Of a stretch of DNA of 64,000 bases, positions 1 to 9,072 are shown piece after piece. The translations under genes were made by a program, and so were the position numbers. Under the pieces are notes generated by a model, which saw nothing but the letters and a program-made list of their open reading frames with translations, searched no databases and had not been told where the DNA came from. Source of the DNA: an uncultured candidate division WWE3 bacterium (GTDB lineage Bacteria > Patescibacteriota > WWE3 > UBA101185 > UBA10185); NCBI GenBank assembly GCA_963765125.1, contig CAVXUZ010000004.1, forward strand, positions 792 to 64,791. The letters are read 5' to 3'. Position 1 is the stretch's first letter. Each line of letters starts with the position of its first letter.

Positions 1-245
1 TGCGGTTTTGAACCTACTGGACATTCAATGTCATGGAAAGGTTTAAAATCGATGGTACTTTGAGTAGGATTTGAAACCTGTTTAATATCTTGTTCTTTTT
101 TATCTATCATACCTGCATACAGGCACTGTTTTGCAATAACCGAAATTGATTCAGACCGCACCCCTCCTGCACGATCCTCTGCGCTGTTCACGAAGAAACT
201 TGATCCGTCAGGAAGCTGAATTCTGTAAACCCTGATATTAAGCAT
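1..245 (-). CDS. hypothetical protein (partial, runs off window start)
   Basis: ATG at 245 preceded by AAAAAAGGAG on the minus strand; frame open to the window edge (MLNIRVYRIQLPDGSSFFVNS...). Confidence 0.7.
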   Translation of the reverse strand, partial: MLNIRVYRIQLPDGSSFFVNSAEDRAGGVRSESISVIAKQCLYAGMIDKKEQDIKQVSNPTQSTIDFKPFHDIECPVGSKP

Positions 246-344
246 TCTAACTCCTTTTTTCTAGATTTTGCGCTAGTATATCAAAAAGTATGACATGTAG
301 CAAATTATGTAGTACTCCCAATTAAATCTCAAAAACCCTCCCCC

Positions 345-359
345 ATCACCAAACCAAAA
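345..359 (+). repeat. dispersed 15-mer ATCACCAAACCAAAA, copy 1
   Basis: exact copies at 345, 1556, 3325, 14064, 37926 (+) and 15262, 30490 (-); this copy and the one at 3325 share 22 bp CTCCCCCATCACCAAACCAAAA. Confidence 0.85.
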
Positions 360-419
360 TTCTATTTAAAATTCAGAATATGCCTTTAAATTAGTAAAGC
401 TAAATAAGATAGTTTCTGT

Positions 420-731
420 GTGCTACACAATTTTGCGTTCATAGACAGCAACAATCTGTACCAAGGAACCAGAGAGCTTGGTTGGAATCTTGATTACCAA
501 AAATTCAGAAACTATTTAAAAACAAAATATGATGCTGAAAAAGCTTATCTTTTCATCGGTTATATTCCTTTAACAGGACATACGTGCAATGGCACAAAGG
601 ATCGTCGAAGAAAACTCCCCCGAAATGTATTATGGCAAGGCGGTAGCGCAGGCTGCAACACTAATAATAAGATAACAGACACATCAAGTGCCAAAGCACA
701 AACCCCTAAAGTTTGTGCTTTTTTTGTTTAA
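420..731 (+). pseudogene. truncated NYN (LabA/DUF88) domain gene fused to unrelated sequence
   Basis: N-terminus FAFIDSNNLY...LDYQKFRNYL..KY...KAYLFIGY is typical NYN; similarity stops at ~570 and the ORF runs through a terminator. Confidence 0.7.
693..725 (+). terminator. intrinsic terminator
   Basis: AAAGCACAAAC/GTTTGTGCTTT stem followed by a T run. Confidence 0.75.
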
Positions 732-814
732 TTAACTCCAATACAAACAAAATAGTAAGTAGCTTAGTCTAGCTACTCAATTAGGTATTTAAGGAGGTAA
801 CTATGCACTATAGG

Positions 815-843
815 TTTACATAATCACCTCTTTAAGGTATAAT
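815..843 (+). promoter_or_regulatory. sigma70-type promoter for the 909 gene
   Basis: TTTACA-17 bp-TATAAT. Confidence 0.6.
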
Positions 844-908
844 GCTGAACAAATAAGACTTAAGAGCCGGATATTTCCAATTCAAATCAACCAAAAAGGA
901 GAAATACA

Positions 909-1397
909 GTGGAGCATATGATAAGTAAGAAGCTTGTAGATAATGCGATAGATTTAGCACATCCTCAAATATTGGCGATAATGGAAAACCCAGCCTTTAT
1001 TTGGGGGCCACGGTATGTTTCAATCGCTGTTGTTAGCCCGCATCTGGATAGGATACTTCAGTATGTTGTCAGTAACCCAAAACAGAGAGAATGGAATCCT
1101 GAATGGGGAGAAGCCGCAGAGTATGGGGGAATCGCAATCTGGAAAGCCAAGACAGCTTTAGAAAAAGGCGTGCCTACGTCTGTTCTTGCCAATGACTTTC
1201 CACTCAGTCTTCAGCGAGGGCAACTTTTTCGATATCCTGGCGGTGTTCCTGGACCACGCAATGAATTTGCTGTGGGCACATCAGGTATTATGGGGCGTGG
1301 TGATGAGGCTATTTCCAAAATCATTATCACACTCATGGAAGCTTTAGCACACCTTGAAGTTGACAAAGCTGTCATTGAAAAAAAGAAATACCTCTAA
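909..1397 (+). CDS. GlcG/HbpS-like (heme-binding fold) protein, divergent
   Basis: IAIWKAKTA...YPGGVP...AVGTSG...DEAIS pattern; SD AAAAGGAG before GTG. Confidence 0.55.
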   Translation: MEHMISKKLVDNAIDLAHPQILAIMENPAFIWGPRYVSIAVVSPHLDRILQYVVSNPKQREWNPEWGEAAEYGGIAIWKAKTALEKGVPTSVLANDFPLSLQRGQLFRYPGGVPGPRNEFAVGTSGIMGRGDEAISKIIITLMEALAHLEVDKAVIEKKKYL

Positions 1398-1414
1398 AGT
1401 ACGTCACTGCCAAT

Positions 1415-1450
1415 AAGGCACTCTTAGTAACATTCAAGAGTGCCTTTTTT
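1415..1450 (+). terminator. intrinsic terminator
   Basis: AAGGCACTCTT/AAGAGTGCCTT stem plus T run. Confidence 0.8.
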
Positions 1451-1555
1451 ATATACGCGCCTTTGAAAGAGTTAGTATCATCATACTTCGGATAATGTAT
1501 TGTGTTAGGAACCTTGTAAATATTTTGGTCTCAATAATAATTTCTAGTCTTTTAA

Positions 1556-1570
1556 ATCACCAAACCAAAA
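1556..1570 (+). repeat. dispersed 15-mer ATCACCAAACCAAAA, copy 2
   Basis: exact match, intergenic. Confidence 0.85.
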
Positions 1571-1714
1571 AACATATTTTGTATGAACGAAGTGAAATAC
1601 AAAGCGTTAGACTCGTGACCAAAAACGTGTTGCCCCAGCCACTTTTTAATACTGTAACGACAATCTCTAGAAATGGGGGTATTCGCACATTGGAACTTCT
1701 GTATAATTATTGTT

Positions 1715-2179
1715 ATGAGTAATATAAAGAACGGAATATTATTTGAGAAATCTGCATGGGTTGTTTTCCTTGTTATTGGAATACTAATTTTAGTTGGTGC
1801 AATCCCTCATGTGTTAGGCTTTAATACAGACCCAACATTGGTGCAAACTATTAGTGGTAAAACAATAGATGAACTGAAAACTTCAAGTCCCACGATTTTC
1901 AACTTGTACAATTTTTATTTTAGAGGTGGTGGTTTGTCCGATATGGGTTTTGCTTTTTTTCTTATAACCATTTCCGTAACTGCTTATAGGCGGGGGCAAC
2001 GATGGTCGTGGTATGCTTTTTGGTTTGTTCCGATGTATTTTTTAAGTTGGATTGGGCTTAGTCTAACTCTACCCTCTGAATCAAGTTCTTCTTTAATTCC
2101 GCCATTAACGCTATTTATCCTTTTAAGCTTTGTGGGTCTATTGTTACCGTTTAGAAAGTTCTTCCCAAGGAACCTCTAA
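1715..2179 (+). CDS. hypothetical membrane protein (about 4 TM)
   Basis: hydrophobic segments; ATG at 1715 lies 7 nt after TATAAT (leaderless-type start). Confidence 0.7.
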   Translation: MSNIKNGILFEKSAWVVFLVIGILILVGAIPHVLGFNTDPTLVQTISGKTIDELKTSSPTIFNLYNFYFRGGGLSDMGFAFFLITISVTAYRRGQRWSWYAFWFVPMYFLSWIGLSLTLPSESSSSLIPPLTLFILLSFVGLLLPFRKFFPRNL

Positions 2180-2423
2180 CTACAATCGTAAAGATCAAGA
2201 TAAGTATTTTTGGTTAATAAAAGTTCCGGTTTGAGACCAGATGTCTAGCCATGCTTAAGAAAAATGTCCTAGATGGTCATTTTTTTCTACATACTTGGAC
2301 AGCAATTTAAATCTAGGTTAAAAATGCCACCTCAAGACTTAGCAAATAAAACGAGCTTAATAGTTTGTATATATTAGGCGCGAAGCGGCGAGTTGCCAGT
2401 TTTCCAGCTAATTTTAAAAAACC

Positions 2424-2669
2424 CTAGTTATTAGTACTGCCAACGGTAACGACCACATCTCCTTTTTTATGACCTTCGTCAACGTATCTGCGAGCTTCAA
2501 CCATTTGTTCCAAAGGGTATATTCTGTCAATTACTGATTCTAACTTCTCTATTTCAACAGTTTCTTTGAGAGCAATTAAATCAGTAGCCTTTACCTTTAC
2601 TCTTTCTAAGTACGTAAGTACATTAAAATAAACTCCTGACTTTTTTAAAGATTTTTTGACTTTTAAATC
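2424..2669 (-). pseudogene. 3' fragment of an MDR-family NAD(P)-dependent alcohol dehydrogenase/quinone oxidoreductase
   Basis: translates to ...VIDRIYPLEQMVEARRYVDEGHKKGDVVVTV*; no start codon and an in-frame stop directly upstream. Confidence 0.75.
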
Positions 2670-2690
2670 GAGGTTTTAAAATTAATTATA

Positions 2691-3236
2691 TCAACGCTTA
2701 CCGTAAATAGTGTCTTCATAAAGTAAGTTTAGTGCTTTTGAGCAAGCAACCTTTACTTGTGGCTGATTTTGTGTAATTTCAAGATCTTTTATAAACGCAA
2801 CAATTCTTTTTTTTCTATCAACATCTTTAGAAGCAATATTTGCCAGCGATGCAATTGAGTATAATTTAACTACTACGTTGCTTGATGTAATAATATAATT
2901 AGCCAGCAAATTTGACACTAATTCAACTTCCTGGGAATTTATATCTATAATTCCTAATAATTGTGATAATAGCAACTTATTTTTTTGCTGTTTGGCAATA
3001 GTTGCAAATTTAATTATTTTTTTAACCTGAGTATCACTAAAAATAAAATCTTTTTTGGCAATTCGCAAAAGAACCGATACGGATCTAAATCTTATACCTA
3101 CTACTTTCTCATTTAAGGCATCGGTTAGGGTATCTACAAAATCAGTGTTTTTTAGAACCACATCTTCGAGTAAATCGATTTGCCCAGGTGTGCTTAAATC
3201 TCCACCATATAGCAATAGCTTGAATTGCTCTTCCAT
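2691..3236 (-). CDS. hypothetical protein, HEAT/ARM-like helical
   Basis: 181-aa ORF with amphipathic helical repeats; TAAAAT 6 nt before ATG. Confidence 0.6.
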   Translation of the reverse strand: MEEQFKLLLYGGDLSTPGQIDLLEDVVLKNTDFVDTLTDALNEKVVGIRFRSVSVLLRIAKKDFIFSDTQVKKIIKFATIAKQQKNKLLLSQLLGIIDINSQEVELVSNLLANYIITSSNVVVKLYSIASLANIASKDVDRKKRIVAFIKDLEITQNQPQVKVACSKALNLLYEDTIYGKR

Positions 3237-3324
3237 TGACTTATTTTATCACTTATTGAAATCATATAAAATTCTGAGTTTAAATTTCACTATTTTTTAA
3301 AAAGACTTTTCTTTTTTCTCCCCC

Positions 3325-3339
3325 ATCACCAAACCAAAA
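3325..3339 (+). repeat. dispersed 15-mer ATCACCAAACCAAAA, copy 3
   Basis: exact match between divergent genes. Confidence 0.85.
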
Positions 3340-3370
3340 CACACACCTATAACTACGGTATAATTTTTTT

Positions 3371-3982
3371 GTGAAAATAATATACAGAGGGGGCTACCAG
3401 ACAGAAAACGCAGATAAATCCCTATTTTATGAATACGCAGACGCCATCAAAAACTACATAAATAAAGGTAAAAGCGTTGTATACGTTACTTTTGCAAAAC
3501 CAGATCACTATTATGACAACAGAATGATTGAATCACTGGGGACTCTACCTAACATTATCGACAACAGCAGCACAAACGCCGCTTGGTCTACATTTGATTT
3601 AATAGTCATGCCCGGCGGCGAGATGGATATTCTCCAAGAAAGTCTAATAAAGTACGGCTTTTCATTAGATAAATTAAAAAATGATGTAATTATTGTTGGT
3701 GATAGTGCTGGCGCATACGTGCTATCAAAATATTATTTTGAAAAAGAACAAAGTGGAGACACTATAAAATATATTTTGGTTGATGGTTTAAATCCAAAAT
3801 CTAATTTGATAACCGTGGGGCACATTGATAATGAAAAACACTGCACGCCTGAAAAATTAACTAAGGCACAGAGAGTCGCCGATGAAGTTGGCGCTCGTTT
3901 GCTATTACTTAAAGAAAATGAATCGATGATGTTTGAAGATGGTGAACAAGTGGAATTTAATATTGAAGATGTTTTGAGTTAG
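3371..3982 (+). CDS. peptidase S51 / class I glutamine amidotransferase-like protein
   Basis: LIVMPGG and IVGDSAGA nucleophile motif; TATAAT 6 nt before GTG. Confidence 0.7.
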   Translation: MKIIYRGGYQTENADKSLFYEYADAIKNYINKGKSVVYVTFAKPDHYYDNRMIESLGTLPNIIDNSSTNAAWSTFDLIVMPGGEMDILQESLIKYGFSLDKLKNDVIIVGDSAGAYVLSKYYFEKEQSGDTIKYILVDGLNPKSNLITVGHIDNEKHCTPEKLTKAQRVADEVGARLLLLKENESMMFEDGEQVEFNIEDVLS

Positions 3983-4061
3983 TTTAAATCAACCTCACAC
4001 AATTTATACATAAGCAATATATTTGGTATATATTTATATTAGTAATTTATTAAGGAACACT

Positions 4062-4574
4062 ATGAAATCAAAACTATTTATCTTACTTCTCCTAGTTGCT
4101 TCAACCTTTCTCTTAACCGGATGTACATTAAATTCAGCGCAAAATAGTGATGCTGACAGCCAAAATGTTGAAGAAGATGTATCCGTAAATGACACACCAA
4201 AAACGCAAGTAAGTGCTGAGAAAAAGGATGCGGAAATTGAAAATATTTTAGACATAGTAAGCAATACAACTGGATTTACTGGTGCTTCTGCAATGCGATT
4301 AAGAAGAAATGTCGATAGCGTATCTCTTGATGATGAGGGAAAAGGATTTTTAGTGAGAATGGCATCAAGCGATGAAAAACTTACAACGAACGAAGAAATA
4401 ATTAGCGTAGAAATGTCTGGTTTAAATTATGAGGTGAAAAAGTTTGAACCCAAAAGTAATTCTTTAGTAACTAAATTCTATAAATTTACCAATCCTAATG
4501 ATGTAGAATGTACGCTTGAAATAAGAAAAGTTGGAACTACTGGACAAAGCGATCTTTCTTTTGGGTGTTTATAA
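4062..4574 (+). CDS. putative lipoprotein
   Basis: MKSKLFILLLLVASTFLLTGC signal peptide with lipobox. Confidence 0.7.
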   Translation: MKSKLFILLLLVASTFLLTGCTLNSAQNSDADSQNVEEDVSVNDTPKTQVSAEKKDAEIENILDIVSNTTGFTGASAMRLRRNVDSVSLDDEGKGFLVRMASSDEKLTTNEEIISVEMSGLNYEVKKFEPKSNSLVTKFYKFTNPNDVECTLEIRKVGTTGQSDLSFGCL

Positions 4575-4615
4575 TTTAGTGTTTTAAAAAGTTATTCTGG
4601 ATTCGAGTGTACGAC

Positions 4616-5992
4616 TTACTCCATGTCTTGGTTTGTATCCTCGTCTGTGTCCGTTTCCTCTTGCTCCTCTGCAGTACATTCTGAAGCACCTCTTACAATT
4701 GTACCTGTAACCTCAGTTGGTCCTGAAAAGTGCCCAGTTAGTGGTGGAGTAGTTTTAAGTGTTATGGCATTACCACGTAGTTTCGGGTCATCTTTTTCTA
4801 GTTTAAAACTAAAATGCTCTTTGTCATCTGATAGTACTTTTTCGTGCCAGGGGTCTACCATTACTGTTTTTATATGCTTATAACCATCCCAATTAGAATA
4901 AAGCCCGTCACAGCTATACGCGCGCATTTGTGTAATATCAGCGTAAATATCTAAACCCTGTGTACCTGTTACTGGAATATTTTTATAATGCTGATCGGAA
5001 AACGTAACCGACCAAGCTCCGTCTGTTGTGCACGTTTCGTTATACCAATTTTCTAGTTTCACTTTCTTTTCTGTGATTTGATCGGCGAGTATATCCATAC
5101 CAAGTTTTTGCGATATTGAGGCGTGATACTCTCTTTGCTCTTCATCCCAACGCTCGTGGTCTCTATGCACAATTGCTTTAAACCCATTTTGTATCCACTC
5201 CCATAATTCAACATCGCGATCTCTCCCTAACTTTTGCGCAAGAGCCATAACTTTTAGTGCGTCGTTTACTTTTTGTAAATCTGCCTCACAAAAATTTTGC
5301 GACAGCGTATTTGCAATAAGTGTGTCGGGAGGAGAGCCTATTATTTCATCTTGGGTGGTGCCACAATTTTGATTTAACCAACCGCCCAAACTTATATGCC
5401 CGTTGATAATCATATCGAAGAGACTTTCTAAACCTAGCATACCTGCAAATTGCGCGTGATAAGCCCACTTATGTAAAATGGGGTCGGTGTAAGTATCTGT
5501 CCAAGAATACGCTACGGTTGAAACATAATAAGTGTAACCATTCTTCGCCCACGTCATTAGCTGATCAGATAAATCATCAAGCCCTGTTCTTTGCGCAGAT
5601 TCTGCTGTTTCTATAGCAATTTCGATATCTCCAAGATTTGCCTGACAAATATTTTTGTTTAATACGGCTTGAGCCTGTGATTTAACAGTTTCCTGAGATA
5701 CTGCGAGGTCACGATCTTGCTGTTCTTCAGTGTAGATATCGTTCTGATGTGCCTCTATATACTCCATCATCGCTTTAAGAGCTGCAATTTCAGCATCAAC
5801 ATCTTCATAAATTTCTATACCAAGCTCTTCGTAGTCAAGCGTGCCACTTTCTAATGCTTGTGACGTAGCACCAATATCTGAATTATTTGTTGGTGATGAA
5901 AGGCGATAAACCGCGTAGGCTCCGCCTGCTAAAATTAAAGACCCACCGAGCAAGATAGCCAAGAATAAAAGTGCAATACCTTTTTCTCTCAT
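4616..5992 (-). CDS. membrane-anchored/secreted protein with an internal domain duplication
   Basis: N-terminal MREKG + hydrophobic helix; two similar Cys-bounded ~110-aa units. Confidence 0.7.
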   Translation of the reverse strand: MREKGIALLFLAILLGGSLILAGGAYAVYRLSSPTNNSDIGATSQALESGTLDYEELGIEIYEDVDAEIAALKAMMEYIEAHQNDIYTEEQQDRDLAVSQETVKSQAQAVLNKNICQANLGDIEIAIETAESAQRTGLDDLSDQLMTWAKNGYTYYVSTVAYSWTDTYTDPILHKWAYHAQFAGMLGLESLFDMIINGHISLGGWLNQNCGTTQDEIIGSPPDTLIANTLSQNFCEADLQKVNDALKVMALAQKLGRDRDVELWEWIQNGFKAIVHRDHERWDEEQREYHASISQKLGMDILADQITEKKVKLENWYNETCTTDGAWSVTFSDQHYKNIPVTGTQGLDIYADITQMRAYSCDGLYSNWDGYKHIKTVMVDPWHEKVLSDDKEHFSFKLEKDDPKLRGNAITLKTTPPLTGHFSGPTEVTGTIVRGASECTAEEQEETDTDEDTNQDME

Positions 5993-6010
5993 ATATTAAT
6001 AGTACCAAAA

Positions 6011-6053
6011 AAAAGCTCAGACAATTGCGATAAAATGCAATTTGACTGAGCTT
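6011..6053 (-). terminator. intrinsic terminator after the receiver gene
   Basis: AAAGCTCAG...CTGAGCTTT long stem with an A run on the + strand. Confidence 0.7.
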
Positions 6054-6069
6054 TACTTATATAGTGCGT

Positions 6070-6420
6070 TTAGGTTAAATTCAACGCTTCTAAAACATGT
6101 TCAGGGACTTCTTTACCTTTTTCACAAGTGTCATCACAGCCGGCGAAAAAAAGCCTGTGGCAATTTTCACTCTCTGACGACGTAGCGAGCATCGGACCTT
6201 TAAAGGTCTTCCTCATCTCTCTAACTAACGGTTCGGTGTTTACTTGACTACCAGGAACGCAAGCATCCATAACCACTGCACTAATATCAGGATTTTCTCT
6301 AAATTTCTCCGTAGCCTCCTCGACCGAATAAGCAGAAATAATTTCTACCTTATTTTTAAGATACAAAATGTATATACGATGCCAAAAGGGGTCATCATCC
6401 ACAATCAGTACCTTCTTCAT
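6070..6420 (-). CDS. stand-alone response regulator receiver (CheY-like)
   Basis: KVLIVDDD, phosphoacceptor VMD, conserved T/S and K; SD GGGAG before ATG 6420. Confidence 0.85.
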   Translation of the reverse strand: MKKVLIVDDDPFWHRIYILYLKNKVEIISAYSVEEATEKFRENPDISAVVMDACVPGSQVNTEPLVREMRKTFKGPMLATSSESENCHRLFFAGCDDTCEKGKEVPEHVLEALNLT

Positions 6421-6584
6421 ATGTTCTCCCTTCACTCTAGTATTATCCTAATCTTTGTGCACATTTTAACATGACTATGGGACGGTGTCTAAGACGCGTC
6501 TTTGGCGCTAAAGGCTTATGGGAAACAGAAAAAGGCGCTTGGACAGATACTAATTAATACAATTAGTAGTATATTATTATTTAT

Positions 6585-7385
6585 ATGGACATAAGTAATG
6601 AACACGTTTACCTAGAAAGGCTGTCGAAACCACTTAAGGAAAAGCTTAAGATTTATAGATTTATTCCCGAAAATGCGCGAAATGTTCTAGATGTTGGATG
6701 CGCCGACGGGGCCGTTACCCAAGCTTTGGCAAACTTATTTCCTAATATAAAGTTTTTAGGAATTGATTTAAACGAGCATTTCATTGAGAAGGCAAAAGCG
6801 GGAGGTAAAAACTTAAAAAATCTTAGTTTCGAAAAAGTTTATCTTAGAGAACTTCTTGCAAGAGAGCAAAAATACGATGCTGTTATCTTTTGTTCGGTTC
6901 TTCATGAGTTCTATACATACGGTGAGGGAATATCATCTGTCCTAAAAGCTTTGGCAGATGCCCATGAACTGTTAAATGAAGGTGGGGACATCATTATAAG
7001 AGATATGATTCTTCATGAGTACACAAAGAAGGCAGATTTTGAGTGCGAGCTAATGTCTTCAACGATCTATGCTAAAAAGGATTTAGTAAAATATTACACA
7101 GACTTTGAAAAGATACACGGTAAATTAGATACTCATTACAAAGTAAATCATTTTTTGCTCAAATACTTTTATACAGAAAATTGGGAAAGAGAGGTTCTAG
7201 AAAATTATTTACCAGTAACCTTTGAACAGTACGAAAAAATATTTGAGCTTTTAGGTATGAATACGCAAGAAAAACAGTCATATTTAATAGAGTATTTAAA
7301 GAATAAGTGGATCGAGGACTTTAACTTTACTTCGGAGAATATATCTTCATATAAATCAACCGGTATTTTGATAGCAAGAAAATAG
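6585..7385 (+). CDS. class I SAM-dependent methyltransferase
   Basis: VLDVGCADG, GIDLN, DAVIFCSVLHE, LNEGGDIIIRD. Confidence 0.85.
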   Translation: MDISNEHVYLERLSKPLKEKLKIYRFIPENARNVLDVGCADGAVTQALANLFPNIKFLGIDLNEHFIEKAKAGGKNLKNLSFEKVYLRELLAREQKYDAVIFCSVLHEFYTYGEGISSVLKALADAHELLNEGGDIIIRDMILHEYTKKADFECELMSSTIYAKKDLVKYYTDFEKIHGKLDTHYKVNHFLLKYFYTENWEREVLENYLPVTFEQYEKIFELLGMNTQEKQSYLIEYLKNKWIEDFNFTSENISSYKSTGILIARK

Positions 7386-7487
7386 GTTGGGGCTTAAAAC
7401 CTTACATTTCAAGTAATAAGAGAATTTAAACAATATAAAAGCAAATTTTTGACTTATGCTTTAGTGGATTATTTTACGTGTTGCTAA

Positions 7488-8150
7488 TTAAAATATTCTC
7501 AGATCGTGCTCTTTAAACTTATAAAGCTCTGCAGGTCTGTGTGTAACTTCTTCTTGCATTCTTCCTAAACTTTCTAACATCTCCAAAGATTTTATTTTTT
7601 TTCGAAAATTTCTTTTATCGAGCTTCTCCCCTAAAACGATTTCATAAATCTTTTGCATATCTGTAAGTGTAAATTCATGAGGAAGAAGTGAGTAAGCAAT
7701 GTTTGTATATGAAAGTTTATCTTTTAGTCTTTTGTGAGCAACGCTTAATATTATTTTGTGATCAAAAGCCATCTCGGGTAACTTGTCTAGAGGAAACCAT
7801 TTAATGTCTTTATAGAACTCCAATGTTTTAATCTCGATATCTTTTGGTGTATTAATGAGCGCAAAGTATGCGACAGAGACAGATCTTCCTCTTATATCTC
7901 TTTTAGGATCACCAAAAGTGTAGAGCTGTTCTAAGTAAATCCCCTTCAGGCTTGTTTTTGCTCTAAGTACTCTTATTGCTGCTGCATCAAGGCTTTCATC
8001 TACCTTTACTAGCCCACCAGGAATCGCCCACTTTCCCTGATAATTACCCGAATTTATTTGAATAAGAAGAGCAGAAAGTACGCCATCTACGACGCTAAAA
8101 ACAACGGTGTCAACAGCGAGTAGTGGGTTTTTTGGCTCTATATCGGTCAT
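7488..8150 (-). CDS. nrtR: NrtR-family NAD-metabolism regulator (Nudix + winged helix)
   Basis: LAVDTVVF...WAIPGG...ESLDAAAIR...LEQLYTFGDPKRD, AFDH, LLPHEFTL, DKRNFRKK, HRPAELY. Confidence 0.92.
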   Translation of the reverse strand: MTDIEPKNPLLAVDTVVFSVVDGVLSALLIQINSGNYQGKWAIPGGLVKVDESLDAAAIRVLRAKTSLKGIYLEQLYTFGDPKRDIRGRSVSVAYFALINTPKDIEIKTLEFYKDIKWFPLDKLPEMAFDHKIILSVAHKRLKDKLSYTNIAYSLLPHEFTLTDMQKIYEIVLGEKLDKRNFRKKIKSLEMLESLGRMQEEVTHRPAELYKFKEHDLRIF

Positions 8151-8176
8151 ATTTGATTTATACCATACCTCTTACT

Positions 8177-8261
8177 ATTTGTAAATAATACACTTAGGCA
8201 TAGTGTTGACATTACACCATTATGGTGGTATCTTTCGTGTGTTAGTGTATAAACAACACCA
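8177..8261. promoter_or_regulatory. three NrtR-type operators (GT-N7-AC) overlapping a sigma70 promoter
   Basis: TAGTGT-N7-ACACCA at 8201-8219 and 8243-8261, ATTTGT-N7-ACACTT at 8177-8195; TTGACA 8206-8211, 17 bp, TATCTT 8229-8234 with extended TG. Confidence 0.8.
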
Positions 8262-8320
8262 ACAGAACTTTGACAATTTAGACAACTAAAACAACAAGAT
8301 CAACTTGAAAGGAGAGGCTG

Positions 8321-9061
8321 ATGGAACTAAAAGTTAGAACAGGAATAGTAACTGGACGTGAACATCTTGTTTATGGTATTAACTGCCAAGATTCTCTTTT
8401 TGCCAAAACTTTTGAGCACGAGGGATATACATACCATATAGGAGTTGTGTCTGATGGGTGCGGAGAAGGAGAAAGGAGTGAAACTGGAGCCCACTTGGCT
8501 ACAAGTTTTCTCATATATAAAATGGAGAAACTTGTTCGAGATGGGTATTCAATCAAATTTATTTTGAGAAAACTTTATTTCGAATTACTAAGATTTCTCA
8601 AGAAGATACTGACCGCATACGACCTAAAACACTTGCCGGCAGAAGAAGTGGATGTAATTAAAAACCATTTTCTTTTTACAGTTATCGGTTTTATAATCGG
8701 ACCCGATGACACAGTAATATTTGCTGTAGGTGATGGAGTCGTGTTGATAAATGACTTCCTAGATGTCAGAGATCAAAAAAACACTCCTACATATCCTACC
8801 TATCACTTAGTTTCGTCAAAATATCTGAAAAGTGATCGGACATACATTCCAAAAGAATTTGACGTGTACGACGTGAAAACAGAAAATATGCAAAAGCTGG
8901 CTGTAGGAACCGACTCGTGGCAATACGAGCTCGACTCCCTGTTCTTGCTTTTTAATGAAGAGCAAAAAACAACACCTCAGCGCCTAATGAACGTTTTATC
9001 TCAAAAAGAAAAACGCTTCAAAGATGATGCAGCCATAATCACGGTAACAAAAACCGAATAA
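8321..9061 (+). CDS. PP2C-family protein phosphatase (YegK/PphC-like)
   Basis: GREH...NCQD, VVSDGCG, VGDG, GTDS, KDDAAI. Confidence 0.85.
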   Translation: MELKVRTGIVTGREHLVYGINCQDSLFAKTFEHEGYTYHIGVVSDGCGEGERSETGAHLATSFLIYKMEKLVRDGYSIKFILRKLYFELLRFLKKILTAYDLKHLPAEEVDVIKNHFLFTVIGFIIGPDDTVIFAVGDGVVLINDFLDVRDQKNTPTYPTYHLVSSKYLKSDRTYIPKEFDVYDVKTENMQKLAVGTDSWQYELDSLFLLFNEEQKTTPQRLMNVLSQKEKRFKDDAAIITVTKTE

Positions 9062-9072
9062 AGGAGGCTCAG

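Noticed and set aside
1596-2185. Integron cassette suggested by GCGTTAGAC and CTCTAAC
   Set aside because: No matching RYYYAAC...GTTRRRY pair with L boxes, no array and no integrase.
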